This document shows positions 52,676-64,000 of a DNA stretch of 64,000 nt, in pieces. The stretch is taken from NCBI RefSeq assembly GCF_006345805.1, contig NW_021825710.1, positions 1 through 64,000 of the forward strand. The letters are read 5' to 3'. The position numbers and the translations under genes are program-made. Positions within the stretch are counted from its first letter, which is position 1. Every line of letters begins with the position of its first letter. Under the pieces are notes generated by a model. That model was not told where the DNA came from, ran no database searches, and saw only the letters and a list, made by a program, of their open reading frames with translations. This stretch comes from Octopus sinensis. Lineage: Eukaryota.

Positions 52676-55600
52676 TATTTGAGACAAAACCACTATTTTG
52701 CAAAACAAACAAGGAAAGACTTAATCAATACATAAAATTTAATAAATAGTCAAAAAAACCGCCACTACAATCGTTTCTTGTCTTGATCGACAATCTTCAG
52801 GTGGACTTCCAATCTAAAAAATCAAAATTTTAAAATATAAAAATAATACTTTTAAATAATTAAAGTATAAATGAAAAAATATAAGTATATAATCCATATA
52901 TAACCTATATATAATCCATATCGAAAATATAGACTAATTACCACGAACTCCCTAAAAAAACCATGATAAAACAAAACTCTTAAAAACATATAACGATAAA
53001 ATCTCCCTTTGCTAAACTCTATAACAAACCTATAAAGTAAACCCCCTAACCTAAACATTCACACACAAATACACACACGTAAACCACAGACTCACGACTT
53101 ATACACATACCTATACTAACTTATAAACCTCAATATACACCAAAACCCACTCCCTCCCCACACAGACAATAACACATACATCCCAAAACCTAAATAACAA
53201 ACCCATATACACATTCACACACAAAACACACACTCACACGCAAAACACTCACACACAAAAGATACATATACTCCCTCACATATACGCCTATACATACTCA
53301 CTAAAACTCGACATATACAACAATACTTACACACCCACAAAAAACATTATATACATTTATGAGCTTTAACTCACCTTAGCATCTCTAACAAACAACTTGC
53401 AGTAACCCAATCCATTCTCTATGCCTACCTCACTACTACACTATTCCATTCACATTCCAAGCAACGCTAGTCCACCACCCGGTTATTCACGTGGCAAAAC
53501 GAACACCACTCAAAAATTATGAATGAAACAATGTAAAAAAATAACCAACACCTAAAATAGACAAAATACCACGAATTACCTAAAAAAACCATGATAAACC
53601 AAAACTCATAAAAACATATAACGATAAAATCTCCCTTTGCTAAACCCTATAACAAACTTATATAGCAATCCCCCTAACCTAAACATTCACACACAAAAAA
53701 CCCACACGTAAACCACAGACCCAAGACTTATACACAAACCTATACTAACTTATAAACCTCAATATACACCAAAAACCACTCCCTCCCCACACAGACAAAT
53801 TAACACATACATCCCAAATCCTAAATAACAAACCCAAATACACATTCACACACAAAACACACACACACAAAACACACACACACAACAGATACATATGCTC
53901 CCTCACATATACGCATATACATACTCACTAAAACTCGATATATACAACAATATTTACACCCACACTCATACAGATAAATAAATTAATTATACAATTAAAA
54001 ACTCACAACCAATCTCATATACATAAACACTCTTATGAAAACAACAATAAATACATCGTAATTAACCAGAATATCAAAAATAACATTATGACATAAGGAT
54101 AAATCAAATACATACTTACAATTCAGTTACAAATTATGAAGTGAAATTAGATTCTTAGCCGTTAAAAAACCAAACAAAATTACGTTACCATGGAAATAAC
54201 TAATGTAAAAAAAGAATACGCGCCATAGAAAGTAAACGTCATTCATAGTATGAATGGAGAAATATAATAATGGAACTAAAAACTATTTCCACGTAGCAAA
54301 CCAACGCTACTTAAAAAAAATTTATTATGAATGGATTCTTTAAAAACTATCATGAAAAATCAATTATATACATTTATGAGCTTTAGCTCACCCTAGCAAC
54401 TCTAACAAACAACTTACAGTAACCATACTCAATGCCTACCTCATTACCACCCTAATCCATTCACAATTCCAAGCAACACTAGTCCACCACCCGGTTACAA
54501 TTCCCAACTCTACCCATTCATTCACAATTTCAACGACGTTCCCTTCAACAACTCTACATATAAGCCTCAACATATACACCGGAGATACACTTACACATCC
54601 GTGCGGATGGGTGAGAGTATACATTAAGTGTAGTGATGGGGCTCCCATTTCTAAACATATTTGTACCTGTGTGGTAGTCTCCATGTGTATATTCACGCAC
54701 GGGTATAAATACAGGGGGTACACGCTCACTTCATTTACGTGTACCCCTCACATGTACATATGCATACTATTTTGGCTCGATATATGCAACAAAGTAATCA
54801 CGCCCGTATGTGTGAGCATTCACTGGTTGTGCAATTCACCCATCTGGGTGTGATTGTGTGTAAACTTATCACTGTGGAGGTCGAGCTTGATACGTATATA
54901 TTAGTGTGTATTAGGGGTTGTACGTACTAATTATGTTCATGTGCTTCACGCACTTGCGTCCATGTATGGAAGAATATATTGGGATTACTATGTAGGTGTA
55001 AATAGGGTATGGGGGAGTTTTGTCATTGTATGGGTGTGGGTTTCATTTGTGATGGTGGTTAGTTGGTGATTATTAGTATGTTCTGTATATTAGGGCTAGT
55101 ATGTATTATTCAAGTGTGTATAATTGTATACATATAATTGGTGTGAACGGGATTACTCCCTTCTCCATTCATACTATGAATGACGTTTACTTTCTATGGC
55201 GCGTATTCTTTTTTTACATTAGTTATTTCCATGGTAACGTAATTTTGTTTGGTTTTTTAACGGCTAAGAATCTAATTTCACTTCATAATTTGTAACTGAA
55301 TTGTAAGTATGTATTTGATTTATCCTTATGTCATAATGTTATTTTTGATATTCTGGTTAATTACGATGTATTTATTGTTGTTTTCATAAGAGTGTTTATG
55401 TATATGAGATTGGTTGTGAGTTTTTAATTGTATAATTAATTTATTATCTGTATGAGTGTGGGTGTAAATATTGTTGTATATATCGAGTTTAGTGAGTATG
55501 TATATGCGTATATGTGAGGGAGCATATGTATCTGTTGTGTGTGTGTGTTTTGCGTGTGTGTGTTTGTGTGTGAATGTGTATTTGGGTTTGTTATTTAGGA

Positions 55601-56752
55601 TTTGGGATGTATGTGTTAATTTGTCTGTGTGGGGAGGGAGTGGTTTTTGGTGTATATTGAGGTTTATAAGTTAGTATAGGTTTGTGTATAAGTCTTGGGT
55701 CTGTGGTTTACGTGTGGGTTTTTTGTGTGTGAATGTTTAGGTTAGGGGGATTGCTATATAAGTTTGTTATAGGGTTTAGCAAAGGGAGATTTTATCGTTA
55801 TATGTTTTTATGAGTTTTGGTTTATCATGGTTTTTTTTAGGTAATTCGTGGTATTTTGTCTATTTTAGGTGTTGGTTATTTTTTTACATTGTTTCATTCA
55901 TAATTTTTGAGTGGTGTTCGTTTTGCCACGTGAATAACCGGGTGGTGGACTAGCGTTGCTTGGAATGTGAATGGAATAGTGTAGTAGTGAGGTAGGCATA
56001 GAGAATGGGATTGGGTTACTGCAAGTTGTTTGTTAGAGATGCTAAGGTGAGTTAAAGCTCATAAATGTATATAATGTTTTTTGTGGGTGTGTAAGTATTG
56101 TTGTATATGTCGAGTTTAGTGAGTATGTATAGGCGTATATGTGAGGGAGTATATGTATCTTTTGTGTGTGAGTGTTTTGCGTGTGAGTGTGTGTTTGTGT
56201 GTGAATGTGTATATGGGTTTGTTATTTAGGTTTTGGGATGTATGTGTTAATTTGTCTGTGTGGGGAGGGAGTGGGTTTTGGTGTATATTGAGGTTTATAA
56301 GTTAGTATAGGTATGTGTATAAGTCGTGAGTCTGTGGTTTACGTGTGTTATTTGTGTGTGAATGTTTAGGTTAGGGGGTTTACTTTATAGGTTTGTTATA
56401 GAGTTTAGCAAAGGGAGATTTTATCGTTATATGTTTTTAAGAGTTTTGTTTTATCATGGTTTTTTTTAGGGAATTCGTGGTAATTAGTCTATATTTTCGA
56501 TATGGATTATATATAGGTTATATATGGATTATATACTTATATTTTTTCATTTATACTTTAATTATTTAAAAGTATTATTTTTATATTTTAAAATTTTGAT
56601 TTTTTAGATTGGAAGTCCACCTGAAGATTGTCGATCAAGACAAGAAACAATTGTAGTGGCGGTTTTTTTTGACTATTTATTAAATTTTATGTATTGATTA
56701 AGTCTTTCCTTGTTTGTTTTGCAAAATAGTGGTTTTGTCTCAAATAATATTT
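52669..56752. repeat. 4.1-kb inverted repeat: about 1.6-kb arms (52669-54261 and 55161-56752), about 0.9-kb spacer
   Basis: Arm ends match as reverse complements with few differences; each arm holds a duplication with period about 630 bp; left arm AC-rich, right arm GT-rich. Confidence 0.9.
56617..56659 (+). ncRNA. Type I hammerhead ribozyme, fully canonical (mirror copy 52762-52804 minus)
   Basis: ccac-CTGAAGA-ttgtc gatcaa gacaa-GAAAC-aatt-GTA-gtgg; palindromic stem III acaattgt. Confidence 0.8.
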
Positions 56753-56840
56753 TATAATATTTTACTATAAAATTGGATTTAATCCTAAATCTGATTTTTT
56801 TTCCCTGTAAATTTGGATATATTCCCTAATATTTATTATT

Positions 56841-56900
<60 letters not shown>

Positions 56901-56910
56901 ACAATTCCTG

Positions 56911-57615
56911 CACTCGGGCTATTCGGGCTTAATCCGAGTATAAATTTAGTAAAGTGAACGTGTATTTGCAAGCTGATTTCATTTCTACCAACACTGACTT
57001 GTAGTATGTAATTTCAACCAATAACTCGGGCTCCTTTTATTGAGTCTGGTCGCAGTTCAGCGTCTGGCGGTCGTCTTAGTGGTGCCGTGTCAAAAAGTAT
57101 CATTCGTAGCACACATGCGCCTGACTCAAACTCAGACGTTACAGCCCGAGTTGTTATCTATGACCGTAAGATTTAAAAGTAATTCAAATTCAATGTTTTC
57201 TTGAAACAATAAATTTCTATAGAGATTAGGATTTAAATTCCAATCTATGAAAAGTTTCTGTTCTAAAATATTCTTAAACGAACGAAAAATTACCCAGCAA
57301 CTCGGGTTACGTACGAACCTGGTAGGTATAAAAGACTAACTGGCATTTCTTGTCAAGAGTACAAGCGACAGTCAGATCGCTGATGTTTGTTGTGCACTCC
57401 GCTGTCGTTATTTGTCATTATTTGCCGTTATTCTGTGCATCTGTATGTAAAGAGCAGTTGTGTTTTGCAGGGTTATTTTTTTTAAATCCTTAACTTAGAA
57501 ATGGAGAAAGACATAGTGCTAGATATACAAAATAAGGCATTTGGGGCTAGAAATAAAGCGGAAAAACGTGAAATTTTTCGAGTGTCTTATGCGAAATCTG
57601 TGATGAGCCCGAGTG
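56911..57615. mobile_element. Possible MITE-like element with CACTCGGGCT termini
   Basis: cactcgggct (56911) and agcccgagtg (57606-57615); internal ctcggg/cccgag copies; no TSD seen. Confidence 0.35.
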
Positions 57616-57671
57616 ACGCTGATGACTGGAGTCGCCTCTGATATACAAACATACATACATACATACATACA

Positions 57672-57703
<32 letters not shown>

Positions 57704-57711
57704 CATATATA

Positions 57712-57761
<50 letters not shown>

Positions 57762-57899
57762 TTGTAATTAAATTAATAACAGGGTACAATTTATCAATTA
57801 AGTTAATTAATTAATCAATCAATTAATTAATAATTTTATCAAGTAGATCGGTACGTTAAAGTAACCTTTATAGGTAAAATCATACAAATATTTTAAATC

Positions 57900-58598
57900 A
57901 TAAACATAATTATAATTAGGGTTCAGCTAATTTCTTCACCACATACCGAATTTAGAAATAACAGTTAAAAATTTATTTTCTATTACTGTAAAAATCTCCA
58001 TGACAGTAACATACTTTTTTACGTAGGCAAAAAGAAAAACAACGAATCAACTCCATCAGGATTAACTACATATGCGTTTCGAGACTAAAGTGTTCAAAAA
58101 TTTACTTACCTGTCACTTCAGTGCAGTATTTCCAATTATAAAACTTGTTTACCCTTTCATTATTAATTTGATTAAAAATTATAATTTACTCCATGATAGA
58201 ATACTGCATTTTTTTCTGCGGTGTTGCTCGTGGCATACACGTGGGTATAGGGGATAAATAGTGTATTCACATTCGGCAGTGAAAATTTTGGCAGTGTTGG
58301 TTGGATATCTGTTACTTGATGTCGCTCGATCGTGTGCATATTTAACCCTAGCACTTTCAAATTTTATAATTGGAAATACTACACTGAAGTGAAACACTTT
58401 AATCACGAAACGCGTATGTAGTTAATCCTGGTTGTGTTGATTCGTTGTTTTTCTCTTTGCCTACGTAAAGAAAAGTATGTCACTGTCATGGTGAAAAGTG
58501 TAAAAGGAATTTTTAACTCCTATTTCTAAATTCGATATGTGGGGAAGCAATTAGCTGAACCTTAATTATAATATGTTTATAATTATATAATTTATAAT

Positions 58599-58679
<81 letters not shown>

Positions 58680-58810
58680 ATATATATTATATATATATAT
58701 ATATATATACATATATATAATTATAAACATAATTATAATTAAGGTTCAGCTAATTGCTTCCCCACATACCGAATTTAGAAATAGGAGTTAAAAATTCCTT
58801 TTACACTTTT

Positions 58811-58813
<3 letters not shown>
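57900..58813. repeat. Nested fold-backs (57900-58145 vs 58362-58590; 58494-58590 vs 58720-58813)
   Basis: ggttcagctaatt...cacataccgaatttagaaata occurs plus, minus, plus around (TA)n. Confidence 0.85.
58378..58422 (+). ncRNA. Hammerhead-like motif lacking A9 (CUGAAGU)
   Basis: actaca-CTGAAGT-ga...tcac-GAAAC-gc-GTA-tgtagt; 6-bp stem I, palindromic stem III acgcgt. Confidence 0.5.
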
Positions 58814-58844
<31 letters not shown>

Positions 58845-58845
<1 letters not shown>

Positions 58846-58953
58846 TCTGCTCGCTTAGCCAGCGGGGTGGCGTCATTTGAAGGCTAAAACAATGCGAACG
58901 CATTGTGACCAGCGGTGTGTAACAACATCTGATGGTCTGGTCGGTCTCGTGAT

Positions 58954-58960
<7 letters not shown>
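58845..58960 (+). mobile_element. 3' part of SINE family C
   Basis: Reverse-complement match to 59718-59830. Confidence 0.75.
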
Positions 58961-59002
<42 letters not shown>

Positions 59003-59107
59003 ATTGGTAAAAACTGACAATCAACAAAAGAAAGAAAGAGACCTCAATATTATGTAAATAGAGGAAATTTATCTGTAAAATAAAATGTAACAATTATTCA
59101 ATAGCCA

Positions 59108-59170
59108 AGATAAAACTCTGAGTTTCGGATGCCGAGGTGGAAATCCACAACACCATCTCTTCGGTTATCT
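59108..59170 (-). ncRNA. Type I hammerhead motif, CCGAAGA core, within a duplication of about 235 bp (59025-59420)
   Basis: agataa-CCGAAGA-gatg...catc-c-GAAAC-tc a ga-GTT-ttatct; 5' half repeated inverted at 59385-59415. Confidence 0.65.
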
Positions 59171-59717
59171 GGCCATCTCTGTTAGAGTCCTCAACCGATG
59201 TTTGGCGGTTATCCAAAAAAGCCGTACTAGCTCTTAATGAAGAATAGCGTCGTTCGGGAGGTAATTTATTGTAAAAACGGTAAGATAACAAAAGAAAGAA
59301 AGAGACTTCAATATTATGTAAATAGAGAAAATGCATCTGTAAAATAATATGTGACAATTATTCAATATCTGGCCAAAGATGGCCAGATAACCGAAGAGAT
59401 GGCGTTGTGGATTTCCCAAATCTCTAGAATTTGGGAACTGATAAACAATCAACGATTTTAAGTCCCCAAAAATCCCAAAATGAAGGAGCGACACAGATTT
59501 ATCACCATCTCATTCATACCTTCCGGCATTTTAGTAATACTTAAAATTCCTAATTCATATATTCTCTTCTCCAAATCAACAACAAAAAGGACACACGCGT
59601 CATTCTAAGAACCACTGATTTCAGCCATCCATTTATATACAAAATATTAAAAATCTCATTAAAAAACAACACAAAGCTCTGTCAGGTAGCCAAGCCTGTC
59701 TTGTAAATATATATATA

Positions 59718-60172
<455 letters not shown>

Positions 60173-60815
60173 TATATAACTTACTTGGAAGAAACGAAAA
60201 GAAACGACGCGAGGGCGCTCAGTCATACAAATTTAATAAATAAAATATATGCATGCATACATACATATATGTACGTACCTACATCTACATGTATATATAC
60301 ATGCATATATAAATATATATACGTGAGTACAGGACACCACAAATCGACGTAGAACTCAACGAGAAACGAAAACGTAAAATCAAACATGGAAACGGACCTT
60401 TTTTAACAACGAAAAAACAGAGTACAAGACAAACAACACAAGGAAAATTCCCTTTCATCAGCTGTCCCTAGTTCGACACCATACGTGTTTCGAAGGTGAG
60501 GACAGAACACGACTCGTCAAACTAGCCCTTCCTGCGAAAGAATTAAATAAAATTCCTTTGCAGAGGGGTAAAAACAAGGAAAGAAAAAAATATGACAAAA
60601 ACAGTACGTAAAATCGATACAAATAAAATTACAAAATAAAATACAAAATAAAAATGCAATTACAAAAAAATACAGTACAAGAAATAAAAACAAACAAGAA
60701 AACAAACAATGAGGGCCTTTTTTGGCCTAGACGAGGAAAGATTTTTTAAGAGCGCAGGAAAAAAGCGTGTTGACTTGTAGGAGGCCGCAACATTTATTAA
60801 ATATATATTTATTAA

Positions 60816-60874
<59 letters not shown>

Positions 60875-60951
60875 CATATATATTACATTTCTAAATCTCT
60901 CAGAGAGAGTTATGCAGTAACAGCACGATAAAGTAATGGCTTGTTACCAAT

Positions 60952-61098
60952 TTAATGTGGCAGTCCCAGGAAAGGAAAGAAAGTTACTGTTATTTAGCCC
61001 CAAGAAACACCGCTTGTGTCGTGTAGCCAACTAGAAACGGTGTTTCTTGGAGCTAAATAACAGTAACATTGTTCCTTTTCCTGGGACTGCCACATTAA
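60952..61098. repeat. Short fold-back with about 61-bp arms
   Basis: ttaatgtggcagtcccagga...caagaaacaccg and its reverse complement. Confidence 0.9.
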
Positions 61099-61119
61099 GT
61101 TATATATATTATATATATA

Positions 61120-61660
61120 TAACTGTTATTATTATCATTCTCTCCTTGTTTCTTTCTGTGTCCCTTTCTGTAGAAGAGCGTTGGCTCGAAACGTAAAACA
61201 GACTTTTTCTATTCCTGAGCGTTATACTAATACATCTGTTTGTTTTGTACACCACCTGTCTTCGTCTTTTGTTTTTTTCGTAAACTCTCCCTATATATCA
61301 CACGCTCACGTGGTCGCACATGTTGATCCTGTCATTTCTTACCACACACGAACTGGACTCTCTATCTACCCTTTACAGATTCTCTTTTGGACATTTACCC
61401 TCCGGCTGCACCTCTCCTACCTGCGGATCACTGTGGACTCTACTCTTGATGAGAAATCCTTGCAATGCACCACGACGTCAAAAACCTTTGAACTTTATGT
61501 AAAACTGTTATTATTATCATCCTCTCCTTGTTTTTTTTTTCTGTGTCCCTTTCTGTAGAAGAGCGTAGGCTCGAAACGTAAAAGGCTTTTTCTATTCCTG
61601 AGCGTTATACTAATATAACGTTATACTAATACATCGTCCTTTGGTTTTTTCGTAAACTCT

Positions 61661-61665
<5 letters not shown>
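61120..61665 (+). mobile_element. PLE partial tandem (pLTR-endonuclease tail-pLTR), period about 385 bp, two hammerhead-like motifs
   Basis: ccttt-CTGTAGA-a-gagc gtag gctc-GAAAC-GTA-aaagg at 61548-61585 and homolog at 61165-61198. Confidence 0.7.
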
Positions 61666-61715
<50 letters not shown>

Positions 61716-63282
61716 AGGGAAACCACCATGTGGACACCCATATGCTAGAAATAGATCCGCTACGGTCTCACCACCAAGAAATGTTCTCTTATTTTAAATT
61801 TTAAATTATATATATATATATATATATATATAATTAGATGAACTGAGGTAGGAATAAAAGTCATAAAAGTCATATTGTGAATTGTTAAAGAGATTCAAGC
61901 ATACCGTTTTCATAAGTTACTAATCATTGCTTTGAATACAACTATTCATTGCTTTGAATGCACACCGATTAATAAACGGTGTAAGGTCTATTAGTCCCTG
62001 ATGAAAAAGATTATGTGTAATGAAGGTAAGAAGTTCTGGATTTAGTGCAATTAGGTTAGATATAGAATTGTGATGTGTCTGGTGTAAGGGATGTATGGGG
62101 GTTAGTGGTATTAATTGAAAGTTTAGTAATGCTCTGTATTATGTTATGTGTTCATATTTAGTTGGAGAAGGTATAGAATAGGGACATGACTTGCAAGCTT
62201 CAAAGTGAATGTTGGCTCACCTAGAAATAGCCGCTAAATTTACACTAATTTACACCCTACCATAAATGGAAGGATATATTGAATATTGTAGTCCAAGATA
62301 CTCTGTGGCTGATACTCTGTGGTTCAAAACAAATCGCGATGGACAGGCTTGTGGTTAAACAATAAAGGACTGAATGTATCTTCTCCTAAATATATTGTTT
62401 CCATTGTTTGTTACAAGTAACACCAGAGAACATCTAATACAACTAACCATCACACTTAACAAAATAAACATACTACTCTCACACGCGCACAGAAGACAAT
62501 CATATTCACAAAACGCGCAGAAAACATCGTAAAACAATGCAGAAACATATTTAGGCCACCATAAATAAGCAAGTATTGTTGGAAAAAAAAGAAAATATGT
62601 TACATTCACAATTTTCATAATAAATTACAAAGAACACAAATCATTGATTACGTACAGATCACATTCATAGACCTTTAACACAACGAAACAAAATACTAAA
62701 AATGAAAGATCAGTCTGATATGCCAGAGATATAATATGTTACAACAGAATGTTTTAGGATCTTAGTATTTCATGCAAAATCACCATAAAGCATACAGATA
62801 TATCAACACCTCTCAAAAAAATTATCAAACTTTAAAAACGCATACATAAATTGTAGCAGCATCAACAGCTTCATGATCCCCAGTTGTATACTGGGATGCA
62901 AACCATAATAAGTGCACAGTAACAACTGTCGTGCTCAAATTTTGATCGCCACTTCCTGGCCATCAGTAAAATCTCTCTCCAATTATATTACATAAACTTA
63001 TCTCAGATGTACTATGCTTGAGTAAAGTATGGATGGTCACTGCTAGAACAATTTTCTCGTTAAATCTGATTTATTAATGCTGATATGGGTAACACGAACA
63101 ACGAGCAAACAACTACGCCACTGAAAATATATCTACGTATTAAGCTACTTTTTTTAAAATCATTAATTGACGAATAATTGTTGTGTAAGTTTGTAACTAA
63201 CAACCTGACAATTTTTGCTTCTTTGCTGCAAAAGAAAAAAATGCTCCTATGAATATCTATATCCAATATTTAGATTCAATTA

Positions 63283-63417
63283 AGGTGGCGAGCAGGCAGA
63301 CTCGTAAGCATGCTAACCAATTTGCTTAGCAGAATTTCGTCCGTCTTTACGTTCTGAATTCAAATTCCACCGAGGTTGACTTCACCTTTCATCCTTTCGG
63401 GGTTGGGGTCGATGTAA
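63283..63417 (+). mobile_element. SINE family A, 3'-truncated
   Basis: ggtggcgagcaggcag...ttctgaattcaaattccaccgaggttgacttcacctttcatcctttcgggg. Confidence 0.8.
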
Positions 63418-64000
63418 GGTAATGATAAGCAATACAAATTTTGACTATCAGGGTCATGTGCAGTCAAATGTATGTGAAAGAATGTAAACTAATATCTATT
63501 GTTCCTCTTTTGAAGGGCAAAGCGGAATTTACATAATCGGTTCAAACTTTAACTAGAGTTTTCATTGCATTAGTTTACGGAGAGAGGACAGTGACTAAAA
63601 TTTGTGCCAGTCATTATTAGGTATTCCTTACTATACATTTCAGTCTATACAGCATCATTAATTAAATGACTAAATCGCCAACAAAAGTATTATTATACAA
63701 AACAGACCAACAGGTTTATCTGAATTATAATATGTAGTTGTCTATATATTAATATGTATTGTGACTTATTTAAATACCTATAGCGATTTAGCTTTACGAA
63801 ACAAACTTGATATTTTGATTGTTTCCGTATTTTACTGTTTTCTACAGCAGTACAAATCTCATGCGTTTCTAATTTCTGTACCACTAATAAAAGTATGATA
63901 CGTGTGTCTATATATTTCCGTGAACGCCTGTATGTAAGAAACACGATCATGTCCAGGTAAAATATAAAATATATTTCAATATGTTGATTGGTTTCATTGT

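Noticed and set aside
60380-60800. Further hammerhead-like fragments (CTGATGA at ~60453 minus, TTGACGA...GAAAC, ggcct/aggcc)
   Set aside because: Core or stems are incomplete and cannot be folded convincingly. Similar partial cases at 6645-6690, 27500-27540 and 61900-62010 were also left uncalled.

Overview
Repeat-saturated eukaryotic DNA, about 64 kb. It is most likely an intronic or intergenic segment of an Octopus genome, inferred from abundant tRNA-headed SINEs resembling octopus families, dense (TA)n/(CA)n/(GATA)n/(TAA)n arrays and AT richness. No intact host gene is supported. Recognisable coding sequence is all transposon-derived and broken by stops or frameshifts: a Tigger/pogo transposon (10.9-12.9 kb), a Gypsy integrase plus LTR (13.1-14.7 kb), a HERO-like REL LINE joined to a Buster/Charlie hAT 5' end (23.0-26.1 kb), a near-full-length Tx1/L1-clade LINE next to (TATC)n (29.5-35.1 kb), a BED-finger hAT (47.7-51.1 kb), an R4/Dong fragment inside (TAA)n (51.6-52.4 kb), Helentron-type HINEs, and several Penelope-like (PLE, GIY-YIG) relics. 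The most striking unannotated signal is about 18 type I hammerhead-ribozyme-like motifs from at least 11 distinct sequence families, read by eye. They sit in tandem and fold-back repeats, including about 350-bp retrozyme-like units and a 4-kb inverted repeat, and many carry recurrent non-canonical cores (U4C, A6U, G8A). One PLE family appears to carry a multi-kb degenerate microsatellite as its 3' UTR. The long HT/YI/CV ORFs in the track are microsatellite artefacts. Coordinates were counted by hand and element edges are approximate.
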